This document shows positions 50,340 through 52,614 of a stretch of 52,614 nt of DNA, piece by piece (position 1 is the first letter of the stretch; every line of letters begins with the position of its first letter). The DNA comes from Chiloscyllium plagiosum (Eukaryota). Below the pieces are notes generated by a model. The model was given only the letters and a program-made list of their open reading frames with translations. It made no database searches and was not told where the DNA came from. Where the stretch lies: the NCBI RefSeq assembly GCF_004010195.1, contig NC_057711.1, positions 83,710,463 through 83,763,076 on the forward strand. The letters run 5' to 3'. Position numbers and translations under genes: made by a program.

Positions 50340-51610
50340 AATTGCTGGAGGCCAATCATCTCAGCTCAAGGACATTGCTACAAGAGTTCCTCAGGATGGC
50401 ATGTAGGCTCTACCAGCTTCAGATATTTCACCAGTGGCCTTCCCTCTATCATAGTTTCAAAAGTTGGGACATGCACTGATGTTTTCACAGTTAACAGTAT
50501 CATTTGCAACTCATCAGACACAAAAACAGTTCATGTCCATAAATAACAAGATCCTGAGAAGAATTAGGCTTGGGTTGATGAGGTGCAGATGACATTCATT
50601 CCACACAAGTGCCAGGTAATGACTATTCCCAAAAAGAGGGAATCTAATCATCTCTCCTTGACTTTCAGTGGCATTATCATAGCTAAATGCCCACAATCAA
50701 CTGGGTGTTACCATTACCAGAAATGAACTGGAATAGCCTTACAAATAGAAAAAAGCTTTTCTGGGTGAAACTCAGCAGATCGGGAACCATTTGTGGAGAG
50801 AAAAGTCGAGTTAACAGTTCGAGTCTGGTATGACTTTTCTTCAGAACTCTGAAGTCAGGGGCCTGAAGAAGACTTATACCAAACTCAAAAATATTAGCCT
50901 TGTTTGTCTCTCCACAAATGCTGCTAGACTTGTTGTGATTCTCCAGCACTTTTTGTTTTCATTTCAGATTTCCAGTGCCCATGGTATTTTGCTTTTATTG
51001 CCACATAAGTGTTGTGGTTAAAAGAGCAGGTCAGCAGTTAAGAATTCTGCAGTGCATAAGTCTCATCATGTCATTTCAATTCTGTCCACCACCTATAAGA
51101 CACCTATGTCAAGAGTATGTCAGGAATGCTTTCCACTTGCCTGGCTGAGTGTAGTTCCAATGACACCCAAGAAAGTACAGAACAAAGCAGGTGCCTTGAT
51201 TGGCTTCTCATCCACTACTTCAACATTCATTCCCTCTAACACTGATATGCAGTGACAGCAGTGCACCCCGTCTTCAACATGCAGTGCAGCAACTTGCCAA
51301 GGTTTCTTTGACAACACCTTCCAAGCCCACAATCTCCACTACCTAGAATGACCAGGGCAGTGGATGTATGGGAAGACCACCAGCTGAAAGAGCCTCTTCA
51401 GGCCACATGCTAAGCTAGCTTGGAACTATATTGCTGTTCGTTCAATGTTGCTAAGTTCAGGAACTCCCTTCCATAAGCAATATGGGTGCACTTACATTGA
51501 ATGGTTGTGACAGTTCGAGAAAATACCTCATCACCTTCTCCAGGGCAATTGGAGATAGAAAGCAATCGCTGATTAGCCAGCAATACTCATATCTCTTGAA
51601 AGAACTTTTA
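50340..51610 (+). mobile_element. Older CR1/L2-type family, 3' ~1 kb, interrupted by a fold-back element
   Basis: Homologous to 42340-42890 (GGQSSQLKDIA.RVPQ); degenerate 3' tail. Confidence 0.7.
50740..51000. mobile_element. Old fold-back Penelope-like insertion
   Basis: Imperfect inverted arms (TTTGTGGAGAGA/TCTCTCCACAAA); CTGAAGAA cores on both strands near 50840-50870. Confidence 0.65.
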
Positions 51611-51624
51611 AAAATCTCAGAACT

Positions 51625-51845
51625 GAGCAAAATGCAGTTATGAGATTTCAAACAATATTAGAAATCGCTGGAGAGACTCAGCAGATCTGACAGCATATGT
51701 GGGAAGAAAGCTGAGTTCATGTTTCAAGTCTGGTGAACTATTTGGAGCTAGGAACAACTGGTATTTGTGCAGATGCTGAGGTGGGGGAGGGGGTGGAACG
51801 GGAGAAGTGAGCGGATAGGAGGAGGCGGAGCCCAGAGACAACCAC
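51625..51845 (-). mobile_element. Degenerate Penelope-like pseudo-LTR fragment
   Basis: GCTGGAGAGACTCAGCAGATCTGACAGCAT resembles the 50760 arm; followed by a G-rich segment as at 52570. Confidence 0.5.
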
Positions 51846-52104
51846 AGAGTGGACAGCATCTGGGCTCCTGTAGACAGACTTTTCCTCTTCATCCATTTTT
51901 TTCTTTTTCTTTTTCCTTTGCCCCCTTCTTCCATTCTCAGTTTTATTTAGTTTTCACTCAAACTTATCTAATAAAGAGAGTTCTTCTTTAAGAAGATGGC
52001 TTCGATGGGTTCCAGACTGGTGGCAGCGTCTTCAGATGCAGTGTGGCTACAGTGTCAGCCAGCCTGTGAGGCCTGGAGCAGAACTCTCACTCTGCGTGGA
52101 GAGG

Positions 52105-52275
52105 ACTCCTGGCTGCGGCATGGCTTTGGCTGGTGTAGCCTGGAATGGGACTCTGCTGGTGCAACCTGGAATGAGACTCTGGCTGCGAAATGGTGTGGGC
52201 TGGTATAGCTTGGAGTAGGACTCTGCTGGTGTAGCCTGGAATGGGACTCTGGCTGCGGCATGGTGTAGACTGGTG
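52105..52275. repeat. Tandem repeat of ~25-bp units (GCTGGTGTAGCCTGGAATGGGACTCT) with interspersed GGCTGCGGCATGG; higher-order period ~69 bp
   Basis: Four units are directly visible. Confidence 0.8.
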
Positions 52276-52401
52276 AAGACAGGGCAGGACTGCAGCAGCA
52301 CAGAAGGAAAACGTGGACTCTTCTTAAGTTATCTTTCTCTTCTTTATTTTAAGTTAATGTGAATGGCATCATGCATGGCAACAGTACACAATTTTCACTG
52401 C

Positions 52402-52614
52402 GGTAAAAACAATGACTGCAGATGCTGGAAACCAGATTCTGGATTAGTGGTGCTGGAAGAGCACAGCAGTTCAGGCAGCATCCGAGGAGCAGCAAAATCG
52501 ACGTTTCGGGCAAAAGCCCTTCATCAGGAATAATAGCAGAGAGCCTGAAGCATGGAGAGATAAGCTAGAGGAGGGGGGGGGTGGGGAGAAAGTAGCATGG
52601 AGTACAATAGGTGA
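52402..52614 (-). mobile_element. Penelope-like 3' end/pseudo-LTR continuing beyond the window
   Basis: Same terminus as 20484 and 31293 (GTAAAAACAATGACTGCAG); hammerhead-like core at 52500-52527 on the minus strand. Confidence 0.8.

Overview
Eukaryotic, non-coding, transposon-dense DNA, most likely from a shark or other elasmobranch (HE1-like tRNA SINEs, and HER1-like CR1 LINEs with (CTATGACT)n tails). I recognise no host exon, rRNA, tRNA or CRISPR feature. Every long ORF is a retroelement remnant or an artefact of the four N gaps (1281-1658, 18789-18888, 26027-26526, 46141-46725). Contents: many CR1 fragments of several ages, two Tx1/L1-clade insertions, an RTE-like LINE split by nested insertions, Rex/Babar 3' ends, a deleted Gypsy provirus plus a solo LTR, and a Gypsy remnant with the unusual IN-RT-RH (Gmr1-type) order. 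The most interesting signal is about a dozen short fold-back insertions that look like Penelope-like pseudo-LTRs. Several have 10-16 bp target-site duplications (TSDs), and most carry a minimal hammerhead-ribozyme-like core (CTGANGA-stem-GAAA). One event (20481-22794) appears to have moved about 2 kb of unrelated, older genomic DNA between two inverted arms under a single TSD. Family names come from motif recognition, not database searches. Boundaries without a TSD are approximate.
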